Positions 12,101 to 25,500 of a DNA stretch of 64,000 nucleotides are shown one piece after another. Position numbers and translations under genes: made by a program. The notes beneath the pieces are model-generated. The model saw only the letters and a program-made list of their open reading frames with translations, made no database searches and had not been told where the DNA came from. Each line of letters opens with the position of its first letter. Within the stretch, counting starts at the first letter, position 1. The DNA is from Auanema rhodensis. Its lineage: Eukaryota > Animalia > Nematoda. The stretch covers positions 1-64,000 of the forward strand of contig OZ059899.1 of assembly GCA_964057225.1 (NCBI GenBank). Direction: 5' to 3'.

Positions 12101-13367
12101 ATGGGGAATCTAATTTTGAAAACCGCATCTCTTTATCTTTCACATGAAGCGAGTTACATACCAAGTGCACATCACGTGTACATTTAATTAGCATAAATTA
12201 AAGTTCACGTAAATTTCAAAGTCATGGTTACCATGAACCAATAACAATAAAAATTTGTTTTTAGACTAATATGGACATGGGGAATCTAATTTTAAAAACC
12301 GCATCTCTTTATCTTTCACGTGAAGCGAGTTACATACCAAGTGCACATCACGTTTACATTTAATTAGCATAAATTAAAGTTCACGTAAATTTCAAAGTCA
12401 TGGTTACCATGAACCAATATCAATAAAAATTTGTTTTTAGACTAATATGGACATGGGGAATCTAATTTTGAAAACCGCATCTCTTTATCTTTCACGTGAA
12501 GCGAGTTACATACCAAGTGCACATCACGTGTACATTTAATTAGCATAAATTAAAGTTCACGTAAATTTCAAAGTCATGGTTACCATGAACCAATATCAAT
12601 AAAAATTTGTTTTTAGACTAATATGGACATGGGGAATCTAATTTTGAAAACCGCATCTCTTTATCTTTCACGTGAAGCGAGTTACATACCAAGTGCACAT
12701 CACGTGTACATTTAATTAGCATAAATTAAAGTTCACGTAAATTTCAAAGTCATGGTTACCATGCACCAATATCAATAAAAATTTGTTTTTAGACTAATAT
12801 GGACATGGGGAATCTAATTTTGAAAACCGCATCTCTTTATCTTTCACGTGAAGCGAGTTACATACCAAGTGCACATCACGTGTACATTTAATTAGCATAA
12901 ATTAAAGTTCACGTAAATTTCAAAGTCATGGTTACCATGCACCAATATCAATAAAAATTTGTTTTTAGACTGATATGGACATGGGGAATCTAATTTTGAA
13001 AACCGCATCTCTTTATCTTTCACGTGAAGCGAGTTACATACCAAGTGCACATCACGTGTACATTTAATTAGCATAAATTAAAGTTCACGTAAATTTCAAA
13101 GTCATGGTTACCATGCACCAATATCAATAAAAATTTGTTTTTAGACTAATATGGACATGATGAATCTAATTTTGAAAACCGCATCTCTTTATCTTTCACG
13201 TGAAGCGAGTTACATACCAAGTGCACATCACGTGTACATTTAATTAGCATAAATTAAAGTTCACGTAAATTTCAAAGTCATGGTTACCATTAACCAATAT
13301 CAATAAAAATTTGTTTTTAGACTAATATGGACATGGGTAATCTAATTTTGAAAACCGCATCTCTTTA
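9144..13367 (+). repeat. Block duplication at 16-monomer (2816 bp) offset
   Basis: Private SNVs recur in the same order at +2816: CACATG 9328/12144, ATAACAA 9428/12244, TTTAAAA 9478/12294, CGTTTAC 9538/12354, ATGATG ~10344/13160. Confidence 0.85.
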
Positions 13368-16300
13368 TCTTTCACGTGAAGCGAGTTACATACCAAGTGC
13401 ACATCACGTGTACATTTAATTAGCATAAATTAAAGTTCACGTAAATTTCAAAGTCATGGTTACCATGAAGCAATATCAATAAAAATTTGTTTTTAGACTA
13501 ATATGGACATGGGGAATCTAATTTTGAAAACCGCATCTCTTTATCTTTCACATGAAGCGAGTTACATACCAAGTGCACATCACGTGTACATTTAATTAGC
13601 ATAAATTAAAGTTCACGTAAATTTCAAAGTCATGGTTACCATGAACCAATATCAATAAAAATTTGTTTTTAGACTAATATGGACATGGGGAATCTAATTT
13701 TGAAAACCGCATCTCTTTATCTTTCACGTGAAGCGAGTTACATACCAAGTGCACATCACGTGTACATTTAATTAGCATAAATTAAAGTTCACGTAAATTT
13801 CAAAGTCATGGTTACCATGAACCAATATCAATAAAAATTTGTTTTTAGACTAATATGGACATGGGGAATCTAATTTTGAAAACCGCATCTCTTTATCTTT
13901 CACGTGAAGCGAGTTACATACCAAGTGCACATCACGTGTACATTTAATTAGCATAAATTAAAGTTCACGTAAATTTCAAAGTCATGGTTACCATGCACCA
14001 ATATCAATAAAAATTTGTTTTTAGACTAATATGGACATGGGGAATCTAATTTTGAAAACCGCATCTCTTTATCTTTCACGTGAAGCGAGTTACATACCAA
14101 GTGCACATCACGTGTACATTTAATTAGCATAAATTAAAGTTCACGTAAATTTCAAAGTCATGGTTACCATGAACCAATATCAATAAAAATTTGTTTTTAG
14201 ACTAATATGGACATGGGGAATCTAATTTTGAAAACCGCATCTCTTTATCTTTCACGTGAAGCGAGTTACATACCAAGTGCACATCACGTGTACATTTAAT
14301 TAGCATAAATTAAAGTTCACGTAAATTTCAAAGTCATGGTTACCATGAAGCAATATCAATAAAAATTTGTTTTTAGACTAATATGGACATGGGGAATCTA
14401 ATTTTGAAAACCGCATCTCTTTATCTTTCACGTGAAGCGAGTTACATACCAAGTGCACATCACGTGTACATTTAATTAGCATGAATTAAAGTTCACGTAA
14501 ATTTCAAAGTCATGGTTACCATGCACCAATATCAATAAAAATTTGTTTTTAGACTAATATGGACATGGGGAATCTAATTTTGAAAACCGCATCTCTTTAT
14601 CTTTCACGTGAAGCGAGTTACATACCAAGTGCACATCACGTGTACATTTAATTAGCATAAATTAAAGTTCACGTAAATTTCAAAGTCATGGTTACCATGC
14701 ACCAATATCAATAAAAATTTGTTTTTAGACTAATATGGACATGGGGAATCTAATTTTGAAAACCGCATCTCTTTATCTTTCACGTGAAGCGAGTTACATA
14801 CCAAGTGCACATCACGTGTACATTTAATTAGCATAAATTAAAGTTCACGTAAATTTCAAAGTCATGGTTACCATGCACCAATATCAATAAAAATTTGTTT
14901 TTAGACTAATATGGACATGATGAATCTAATTTTGAAAACCGCATCTCTTTATCTTTCACGTGAAGCGAGTTACATACCAAGTGCACATCACGTGTACATT
15001 TAATTAGCATAAATTTAAGTTCACGTAAATTTCAAAGTCATGGTTACCATGCACCAATATCAATAAAAATTTGTTTTTAGACTAATATGGACATGGGGGA
15101 TCTAATTTTGAAAACCGCATCTCTTTATCTTTCACGTGAAGCGAGTTACATACCAAGTGCACATCACGTGTACATTTAATTAGCATAAATTAAAGTTCAC
15201 GTAAATTTCAAAGTCATGGTTACCATGAACCAATATCAATAAAAATTTGTTTTTAGACTAATATGGACATGGGTAATCTAATTTTGAAAACCGCATCTCT
15301 TTATCTTTCACGTGAAGCGAGTTACATACCAAGTGCACATCACGTGTACATTTAATTAGCATAAATTAAAGTTCACGTAAATTTCAAAGTCATGGTTACC
15401 ATGCACCAATATCAATAAAAATTTGTTTTTAGACTAATATGGACATGGGGAATCTAATTTTGAAAACCGCATCTCTTTATCTTTCACGTGAAGAGAGTTA
15501 CATACCAAGTGCACATCACGTGTACATTTAATTAGCATAAATTAAAGTTCACGTAAATTTCAAAGTCATGGTTACCATGAACCAATATCAATAAAAATTT
15601 GTTTTTAGACTAATATGGACATGGGGAATCTAAGTTTGAAAACCGCATCTCTTTATCTTTCACGTGAAGCGAGTTACATACCAAGTGCACATCACGTGTA
15701 CATTTAATTAGCATAAATTAAAGTTCACGTAAATTTCAAAGTCATGGTTACCATGCACCAATATCAATAAAAATTTGTTTTTAGACTAATATGGACATGG
15801 GGAATCTAATTTTGAAAACCGCATCTCTTTATTTTTCACGTGAAGCGAGTTACATACCAAGTGCACATCACGTGTACATTTAATTAGCATAAATTAAAGT
15901 TCACGTAAATTTCAAAGTCATGGTTACCATGCACCAATATCAATAAAAATTTGTTTTTAGACTAATATGGACATGGGGAATCTAATTTTGAAAACCGCAT
16001 CTCTTTATCTTTCACGTGAAGCGAGTTACATACCAAGTGCACATCACGTGTACATTTAATTAGCATAAATTAAAGTTCACGTAAATTTCAAAGTCATGGT
16101 TACCATGAACCAATATCAATAAAAATTTGTTTTTAGACTAATATGGACATGGGGAATCTAATTTTGAAAACCGCATCTCTTTATCTTTCACGTGAAGCGA
16201 GTTACATACCAAGTGCACATCACGTGTACATTTAATTAGCATAAATTAAAGTTCACGTAAATTTCAAAGTCATGGTTACCATGAACCAATATCAATAAAA

Positions 16301-16711
16301 ATTTGTTTTTAGACTAATATGGACATGGGGAATCTAATTTTGAAAACCGCATCTCTTTATCTTTCACGTGAAGCGAGTTACATACCAAGTGCACATCACG
16401 TGTACATTTAATTAGCATAAATTAAAGTTCACGTAAATTTCAAAGTCATGGTTACCATGCACCAATATCAATAAAAATTTGTTTTTAGACTAATATGGAC
16501 ATGGGGAATCTAATTTTGAAAACCGCATCTCTTTATCTTTCACGTGAAGCGAGTTACATACCAAGTGCACATCACGTGTACATTTAATTAGCATAAATTA
16601 AAGTTCACGTAAATTCCAAAGTCATGGTTACCATGCACCAATATCAATAAAAATTTGTTTTTAGACTAATATGGACATGGGGAATCTAATTTTGAAAACC
16701 GCATCTCTTTA

Positions 16712-18119
16712 TCTTTCACGTGAAGCGAGTTACATACCAAGTGCACATCACGTGTACATTTAATTAGCATAAATTAAAGTTCACGTAAAATTCAAAGTCA
16801 TGGTTACCATGCACCAATAACATAAAAAATTTGTTTTTAGACTAATATGGACATGGGGAATCTAATTTTGAAAACCGCATCTCTTTATCTTTCACGTGAA
16901 GCGAGTTACATACCAAGTGCACATCACGTGTACATTTAATTAGCATAAATTAAAGTTCACGTAAATTCCAAAGTCATGGTTACCATGCACCAATATCAAT
17001 AAAAAGTTGTTTTTAGACTAATATGGACATGGGGAATCTAATTTTGAAAACCGCATCTCTTTATCTTTCACGTGAAGCGAGTTACATACCAAGTGCACAT
17101 CACGTGTACATTTGATTAGCATAAATTAAAGTTCACGTAAATTTCAAAGTCATGGTTACCATGAAGCAATATCAATAAAAATTTGTTTTTAGACTAATAT
17201 GGACATGGGGAATCTAATTTTGAAAACCGCATCTCTTTATCTTTCACGTGAAGCGAGTTACATACCAAGTGCACATCACGTGTACATTTAATTAGCATAA
17301 ATTAAAGTTCACGTAAAATTCAAAGTCATGGTTACCATGCACCAATAACATAAAAAATTTGTTTTTAGACTAATATGGACATGGGGAATCTAATTTTGAA
17401 AACCGCATCTCTTTATCTTTCACGTGAAGCGAGTTACATACCAAGTGCACATCACGTGTACATTTAATTAGCATAAATTAAAGTTCACGTAAATTCCAAA
17501 GTCATGGTTACCATGCACCAATATCAATAAAAAGTTGTTTTTAGACTAATATGGACATGGGGAATCTAATTTTGAAAACCGCATCTCTTTATCTTTCACG
17601 TGAAGCGAGTTACATACCAAGTGCACATCACGTGTACATTTGATTAGCATAAATTAAAGTTCACGTAAATTTCAAAGTCATGGTTACCATGAAGCAATAT
17701 CAATAAAAATTTGTTTTTAGACTAATATGGACATGGGGAATCTAATTTTGAAAACCGCATCTCTTTATCTTTCACGTGAAGCGAGTTACATACCAAGTGC
17801 ACATCACGTGTACATTTAATTAGCATAAATTAAAGTTCACGTAAAATTCAAAGTCATGGTTACCATGCACCAATAACATAAAAAATTTGTTTTTAGACTA
17901 ATATGGACATGGGGAATCTAATTTTGAAAACCGCATCTCTTTATCTTTCACGTGAAGCGAGTTACATACCAAGTGCACATCACGTGTACATTTAATTAGC
18001 ATAAATTAAAGTTCACGTAAATTTCAAAGTCATGGTTACCATGCACCAATATCAATAAAAAGTTGTTTTTAGACTAATATGGACATGGGGAATCTAATTT
18101 TGAAAACCGCATCTCTTTA
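16712..18119 (+). repeat. Local 3-monomer (528 bp) higher-order repeat, ~2.7 units
   Basis: AATAACATAAAAAA ~16820/17348/17876; AAAAAGTTG 17006/17534/18062; TTTGATT 17114/17642. Confidence 0.88.
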
Positions 18120-21100
18120 TCTTTCACGTGAAGCGAGTTACATACCAAGTGCACATCACGTGTACATTTAATTAGCATAAATTAAAGTTCACGTGAATTT
18201 CAAAGTCATGGTTACCATGAACCAATATCAATAAAAATTTGTTTTTAGACTAATATGGACATGGGGAATCTAATTTTGAAAACCGCATCTCTTTATCTTT
18301 CACGTGAAGCGAGTTACATACCAAGTGCACATCACGTGTACATTTAATTAGCATAAATTAAAGTTCACGTAAATTTCAAAGTCATGGTTACCATGAACCA
18401 ATATCAATAAAAATTTGTTTTTAGTCTAATATGGACATGGGTAATCTAATTTTGAAAACCGCATCTCTTTATCTTTCACGTGAAGCGAGTTACATACCAA
18501 GTGCACATCACGTGTACATTTAATTAGCATAAATTAAAGTTCACGTAAATTTCAAAGTCATGGTTACCATGCACCAATATCAATAAAAATTTGTTTTTAG
18601 ACTAATATGGACATGGGGAATCTAAGTTTGAAAACCGCATCTCTTTATCTTTCACGTGAAGCGAGTTACATACCAAGTGCACATCACGTGTACATTTAAT
18701 TAGCATAAATTAAAGTTCACGTAAATTTCAAAGTCATGGTTACCATGAACCAATATCAATAAAAATTTGTTTTTAGACTAATATGGACATGGGTAATCTA
18801 ATTTTGAAAACCGCATCTCTTTATCTTTCACGTGAAGCGAGTTACATACCAAGTGCACATCACGTGTACATTTAATTAGCATAAATTAAAGTTCACGTAA
18901 ATTTCAAAGTCATGGTTACCATGCACCAATATCAATAAAAATTTGTTTTTAGACTAATATGGACATGGGGAATCTAATTTTGAAAACCGCATCTCTTTAT
19001 CTTTCACGTGAAGCGAGTTACATACCAAGTGCACATCACGTGTACATTTAATTAGCATAAATTAAAGTTCACGTAAAATTCAAAGTCATGGTTACCATGC
19101 ACCAATAACATAAAAAATTTGTTTTTAGACTAATATGGACATGGGGAATCTAATTTTGAAAACCGCATCTCTTTATCTTTCACGTGAAGCGAGTTACATA
19201 CCAAGTGCACATCACGTGTACATTTAATTAGCATAAATTAAAGTTCACGTAAATTTCAAAGTCATGGTTACCATGCACCAATATCAATAAAAAGTTGTTT
19301 TTAGACTAATATGGACATGGGGAATCTAATTTTGAAAACCGCATCTCTTTATATTTCACGTGAAGCGAGTTACATACCAAGTGCACATCACGTGTACATT
19401 TAATTAGCATAAATTAAAGTTCACGTAAATTTCAAAGTCATGGTTACCATGAACCAATATCAATAAAAATTTGTTTTTAGACTAATATGGACATGGGGAA
19501 TCTAATTTTGAAAACCGCATCTCTTTATCTTTCACGTGAAGCGAGTTACATACCAAGTGCACATCACGTGTACATTTAATTAGCATAAATTAAAGTTCAC
19601 GTAAATTTCAAAGTCATGGTTACCATGAACCAATATCAATAAAAATTTGTTTTTAGACTAATATGGACATGGGTAATCTAATTTTGAAAACCGCATCTCT
19701 TTATCTTTCACGTGAAGCGAGTTACATACCAAGTGCACATCACGTGTACATTTAATTAGCATAAATTAAAGTTCACGTAAATTTCAAAGTCATGGTTACC
19801 ATTCACCAATATCAATAAAAATTTGTTTTTAGACTAATATGGACATGGGGAATCTAATTTTGAAAACCGCATCTCTTTATCTTTCACGTGAAGAGAGTTA
19901 CATACCAAGTGCACATCACGTGTACATTTAATTAGCATAAATTAAAGTTCACGTAAATTTCAAAGTCATGGTTACCATGAACCAATATCAATAAAAATTT
20001 GTTTTTAGACTAATATGGACATGGGGAATCTAAGTTTGAAAACCGCATCTCTTTATCTTTCACGTGAAGCGAGTTACATACCAAGTGCACATCACGTGTA
20101 CATTTAATTAGCATAAATTAAAGTTCACGTAAATTTCAAAGTCATGGTTACCATGAAGCAATATCAATAAAAATTTGTTTTTAGACTAATATGGACATGG
20201 GGAATCTAATTTTGAAAACCGCATCTCTTTATCTTTCACGTGAAGCGAGTTACATACCAAGTGCACATCACGTGTACATTTAATTAGCATAAATAAAAGT
20301 TCACGTAAAATTCAAAGTCATGGTTACCATGCACCAATAACATAAAAAATTTGTTTTTAGACTAATATGGACATGGGGAATCTAATTTTGAAAACCGCAT
20401 CTCTTTATCTTTCACGTGAAGCGAGTTACATACCAAGTGCACATCACGTGTACATTTAATTAGCATAAATTAAAGTTCACGTAAATTTCAAAGTCATGGT
20501 TACCATGCACCAATATCAATAAAAAGTTGTTTTTAGACTAATATGGACATGGGGAATCTAATTTTGAAAACCGCATCTCTTTATCTTTCACGTGAAGCGA
20601 GTTACATACCAAGTGCACATCACGTGTACATTTAATTAGCATAAATTAAAGTTCACGTAAATTTCAAAGTCATGGTTACCATGAACCAATATCAATAAAA
20701 ATTTGTTTTTAGACTAATATGGACATGGGGAATCTAATTTTGAAAACCGCATCTCTTTATCTTTCACGTGAAGCGAGTTACATACCAAGTGCACATCACG
20801 TGTACATTTAATTAGCATAAATTAAAGTTCACGTAAATTTCAAAGTCATGGTTACCATGCACCAATATCAATAAAAATTTGTTTTTAGACTAATATGGAC
20901 ATGGGGAATCTAATTTTGAAAACCGCATCTCTTTATCTTTCACGTGAAGCGAGTTACATACCAAGTGCACATCACGTGTACATTTAATTAGCATAAATTA
21001 AAGTTCACGTAAATTTCAAAGTCATGGTTACCATGAAGCAATATCAATAAAAATTTGTTTTTAGACTAATATGGACATGGGGAATCTAATTTTGAAAACC

Positions 21101-22519
21101 GCATCTCTTTATCTTTCACGTGAAGCGAGTTACATACCAAGTGCACATCACGTGTACATTTAATTAGCATAAATTAAAGTTCACGTAAATTTCAAAGTCA
21201 TGGTTACCATGAAGCAATATCAATAAAAATTTGTTTTTAGACTAATATGGACATGGGGAATCTAATTTTGAAAACCGCATCTCTTTATCTTTTACATGAA
21301 GCGAGTTACATACCAAGTGCACATCACGTGTACATTTAATTAGCATAAATTAAAGTTCACGTAAATTTCAAAGTCATGGTTACCATGAACCAATAACATA
21401 AAAAATTTGTTTTTAGACTAATATGGACATGGGGAATCTAATTTTGAAAACCGCATCTCTTTATCTTTCACGTGAAGCGAGTTACATACCAAGTGCACAT
21501 CACGTGTACATTTAATTAGCATAAATTAAAGTTCACGTAAAATTCAAAGTCATGGTTACCATGCACCAATATCAATAAAAATTTGTTTTTAGACTAATAT
21601 GGACATGGGGAATCTAATTTTGAAAACCGCATCTCTTTATCTTTTACATGAAGCGAGTTACATACCAAGTGCACATCACGTGTACATTTAATTAGCATAA
21701 ATTAAAGTTCACGTAAATTTCAAAGTCATGGTTACCATGAACCAATAACATAAAAAATTTGTTTTTAGACTAATATGGACATGGGGAATCTAATTTTGAA
21801 AACCGCATCTCTTTATCTTTTACATGAAGCGAGTTACATACCAAGTGCACATCACGTGTACATTTAATTAGCATAAATTAAAGTTCACGTAAAATTCAAA
21901 GTCATGGTTACCATGCACCAATAACATAAAAAATTTGTTTTTAGACTAATATGGACATGGGGAATCTAATTTTGAAAACCGCATCTCTTTATCTTTCACG
22001 TGAAGCGAGTTACATACCAAGTGCACATCACGTGTACATTTAATTAGCATAAATTAAAGTTCACGTAAATTTCAAAGTCATGGTTACCATGCACCAATAT
22101 CAATAAAAATTTGTTTTTAGACTAATATGGACATGGGGAATCTAATTTTGAAAACCGCATCTCTTTATCTTTCACGTGAAGAGAGTTACATACCAAGTGC
22201 ACATCACGTGTACATTTAATTAGCATAAATTAAAGTTCACGTAAATTTCAAAGTCATGGTTACCATGAACCAATATCAATAAAAATTTGTTTTTAGACTA
22301 ATATGGACATGGGGAATCTAATTTTGAAAACCGCATCTCTTTATCTTTCATGTGAAGCGAGTTACATACCAAGTGCACATCACGTGTACATTTAATTAGC
22401 ATAAATTAAAGTTCACGTAAATTTCAAAGTCATGGTTACCATGAACCAATATCAATAAAAATTTGTTTTTAGACTAATATGGACATGGGGAATCTAATTT
22501 TGAAAACCGCATCTCTTTA

Positions 22520-25500
22520 TCTTTCACGTGAAGCGAGTTACATACCAAGTGCACATCACGTGTACATTTAATTAGCATAAATTAAAGTTCACGTAAATTT
22601 CAAAGTCATGGTTACCATGCACCAATATCAATAAAAATTTGTTTTTAGACTAATATGGACATGGGGAATCTAATTTTGAAAACCGCATCTCTTTATCTTT
22701 CACGTGAAGCGAGTTACATACCAAGTGCACATCACGTGTACATTTAATTAGCATAAATTAAAGTTCACGTAAATTTCAAAGTCATGGTTACCATGAAGCA
22801 ATATCAATAAAAATTTGTTTTTAGACTAATATGGACATGGGGAATCTAATTTTGAAAACCGCATCTCTTTATCTTTCACGTGAAGCGAGTTACATACCAA
22901 GTGCACATCACGTGTACATTTAATTAGCATAAATTAAAGTTCACGTAAATTTCAAAGTCATGGTTACCATGAAGCAATATCAATAAAAATTTGTTTTTAG
23001 ACTAATATGGACATGGGGAATCTAATTTTGAAAACCGCATCTCTTTATCTTTTACATGAAGCGAGTTACATACCAAGTGCACATCACGTGTACATTTAAT
23101 TAGCATAAATTAAAGTTCACGTAAATTTCAAAGTCATGGTTACCATGAACCAATAACATAAAAAATTTGTTTTTAGACTAATATGGACATGGGGAATCTA
23201 ATTTTGAAAACCGCATCTCTTTATCTTTCACGTGAAGCGAGTTACATACCAAGTGCACATCACGTGTACATTTAATTAGCATAAATTAAAGTTCACGTGA
23301 AATTCAAAGTCATGGTTACCATGCACCAATATCAATAAAAATTTGTTTTTAGACTAATATGGACATGGGGAATCTAATTTTGAAAACCGCATCTCTTTAT
23401 CTTTTACATGAAGCGAGTTACATACCAAGTGCACATCACGTGTACATTTAATTAGCATAAATTAAAGTTCACGTAAATTTCAAAGTCATGGTTACCATGA
23501 ACCAATAACATAAAAAATTTGTTTTTAGACTAATATGGACATGGGGAATCTAATTTTGAAAACCGCATCTCTTTATCTTTTACATGAAGCGAGTTACATA
23601 CCAAGTGCACATCACGTGTACATTTAATTAGCATAAATTAAAGTTCACGTAAAATTCAAAGTCATGGTTACCATGCACCAATAACATAAAAAATTTGTTT
23701 TTAGACTAATATGGACATGGGGAATCTAATTTTGAAAACCGCATCTCTTTATCTTTCACGTGAAGCGAGTTACATACCAAGTGCACATCACGTGTACATT
23801 TAATTAGCATAAATTAAAGTTCACGTAAATTTCAAAGTCATGGTTACCATGCACCAATATCAATAAAAATTTGTTTTTAGACTAATATGGACATGGGGAA
23901 TCTAATTTTGAAAACCGCATCTCTTTATCTTTCACGTGAAGAGAGTTACATACCAAGTGCACATCACGTGTACATTTAATTAGCATAAATTAAAGTTCAC
24001 GTAAATTTCAAAGTCATGGTTACCATGAACCAATATCAATAAAAATTTGTTTTTAGACTAATATGGACATGGGGAATCTAAGTTTGAAAACCGCATCTCT
24101 TTATCTTTCACGTGAAGCGAGTTACATACCAAGTGCACATCACGTGTACATTTAATTAGCATAAATTAAAGTTCACGTAAATTTCAAAGTCATGGTTACC
24201 ATGAAGCAATATCAATAAAAATTTGTTTTTAGACTAATATGGACATGGGGAATCTAATTTTGAAAACCGCATCTCTTTATCTTTCACGTGAAGCGAGTTA
24301 CATACCAAGTGCACATCACGTGTACATTTAATTAGCATAAATTAAAGTTCACGTAAAATTCAAAGTCATGGTTACCATGCACCAATAACATAAAAAATTT
24401 GTTTTTAGACTAATATGGACATGGGGAATCTAATTTTGAAAACCGCATCTCTTTATCTTTCACGTGAAGCGAGTTACATACCAAGTGCACATCACGTGTA
24501 CATTTAATTAGCATAAATTAAAGTTCACGTAAATTTCAAAGTCATGGTTACCATGCACCAATATCAATAAAAAGTTGTTTTTAGACTAATATGGACATGG
24601 GGAATCTAATTTTGAAAACCGCATCTCTTTATCTTTCACGTGAAGCGAGTTACATACCAAGTGCACATCACGTGTACATTTAATTAGCATAAATTAAAGT
24701 TCACGTAAATTTCAAAGTCATGGTTACCATGAACCAATATCAATAAAAATTTGTTTTTAGACTAATATGGACATGGGGAATCTAATTTTGAAAACCGCAT
24801 CTCTTTATCTTTCACGTGAAGCGAGTTACATACCAAGTGCACATCACGTGTACATTTAATTAGCATAAATTAAAGTTCACGTAAATTTCAAAGTCATGGT
24901 TACCATGCACCAATATCAATAAAAATTTGTTTTTAGACTAATATGGACATGGGGAATCTAATTTTGAAAACCGCATCTCTTTATCTTTCACGTGAAGCGA
25001 GTTACATACCAAGTGCACATCACGTGTACATTTAATTAGCATAAATTAAAGTTCACGTAAATTTCAAAGTCATGGTTACCATGAAGCAATATCAATAAAA
25101 ATTTGTTTTTAGACTAATATGGACATGGGGAATCTAATTTTGAAAACCGCATCTCTTTATCTCTCACGTGAAGCGAGTTACATACCAAGTGCACATCACG
25201 TGTACATTTAATTAGCATAAATTAAAGTTCACGTAAATTTCAAAGTCATGGTTACCATGCACCAATATCAATAAAAATTTGTTTTTAGACTAATATGGAC
25301 ATGGGGAATCTAATTTTGAAAACCGCATCTCTTTATCTTTCACGTGAAGCGAGTTACATACCAAGTGCACATCACGTGTACATTTAATTAGCATAAATTA
25401 AAGTTCACGTAAATTTCAAAGTCATGGTTACCATGAAGCAATATCAATAAAAATTTGTTTTTAGACTAATATGGACATGGGGAATCTAATTTTGAAAACC

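Noticed and set aside
12892-13074. 60-aa minus-strand ORF from the ORF track
   Set aside because: It is satellite sequence. A single A>G at 12972 converts the minus-strand TAG present in the consensus to CAG, extending a 34-codon frame found in most monomers. There is no recognisable domain or gene context.
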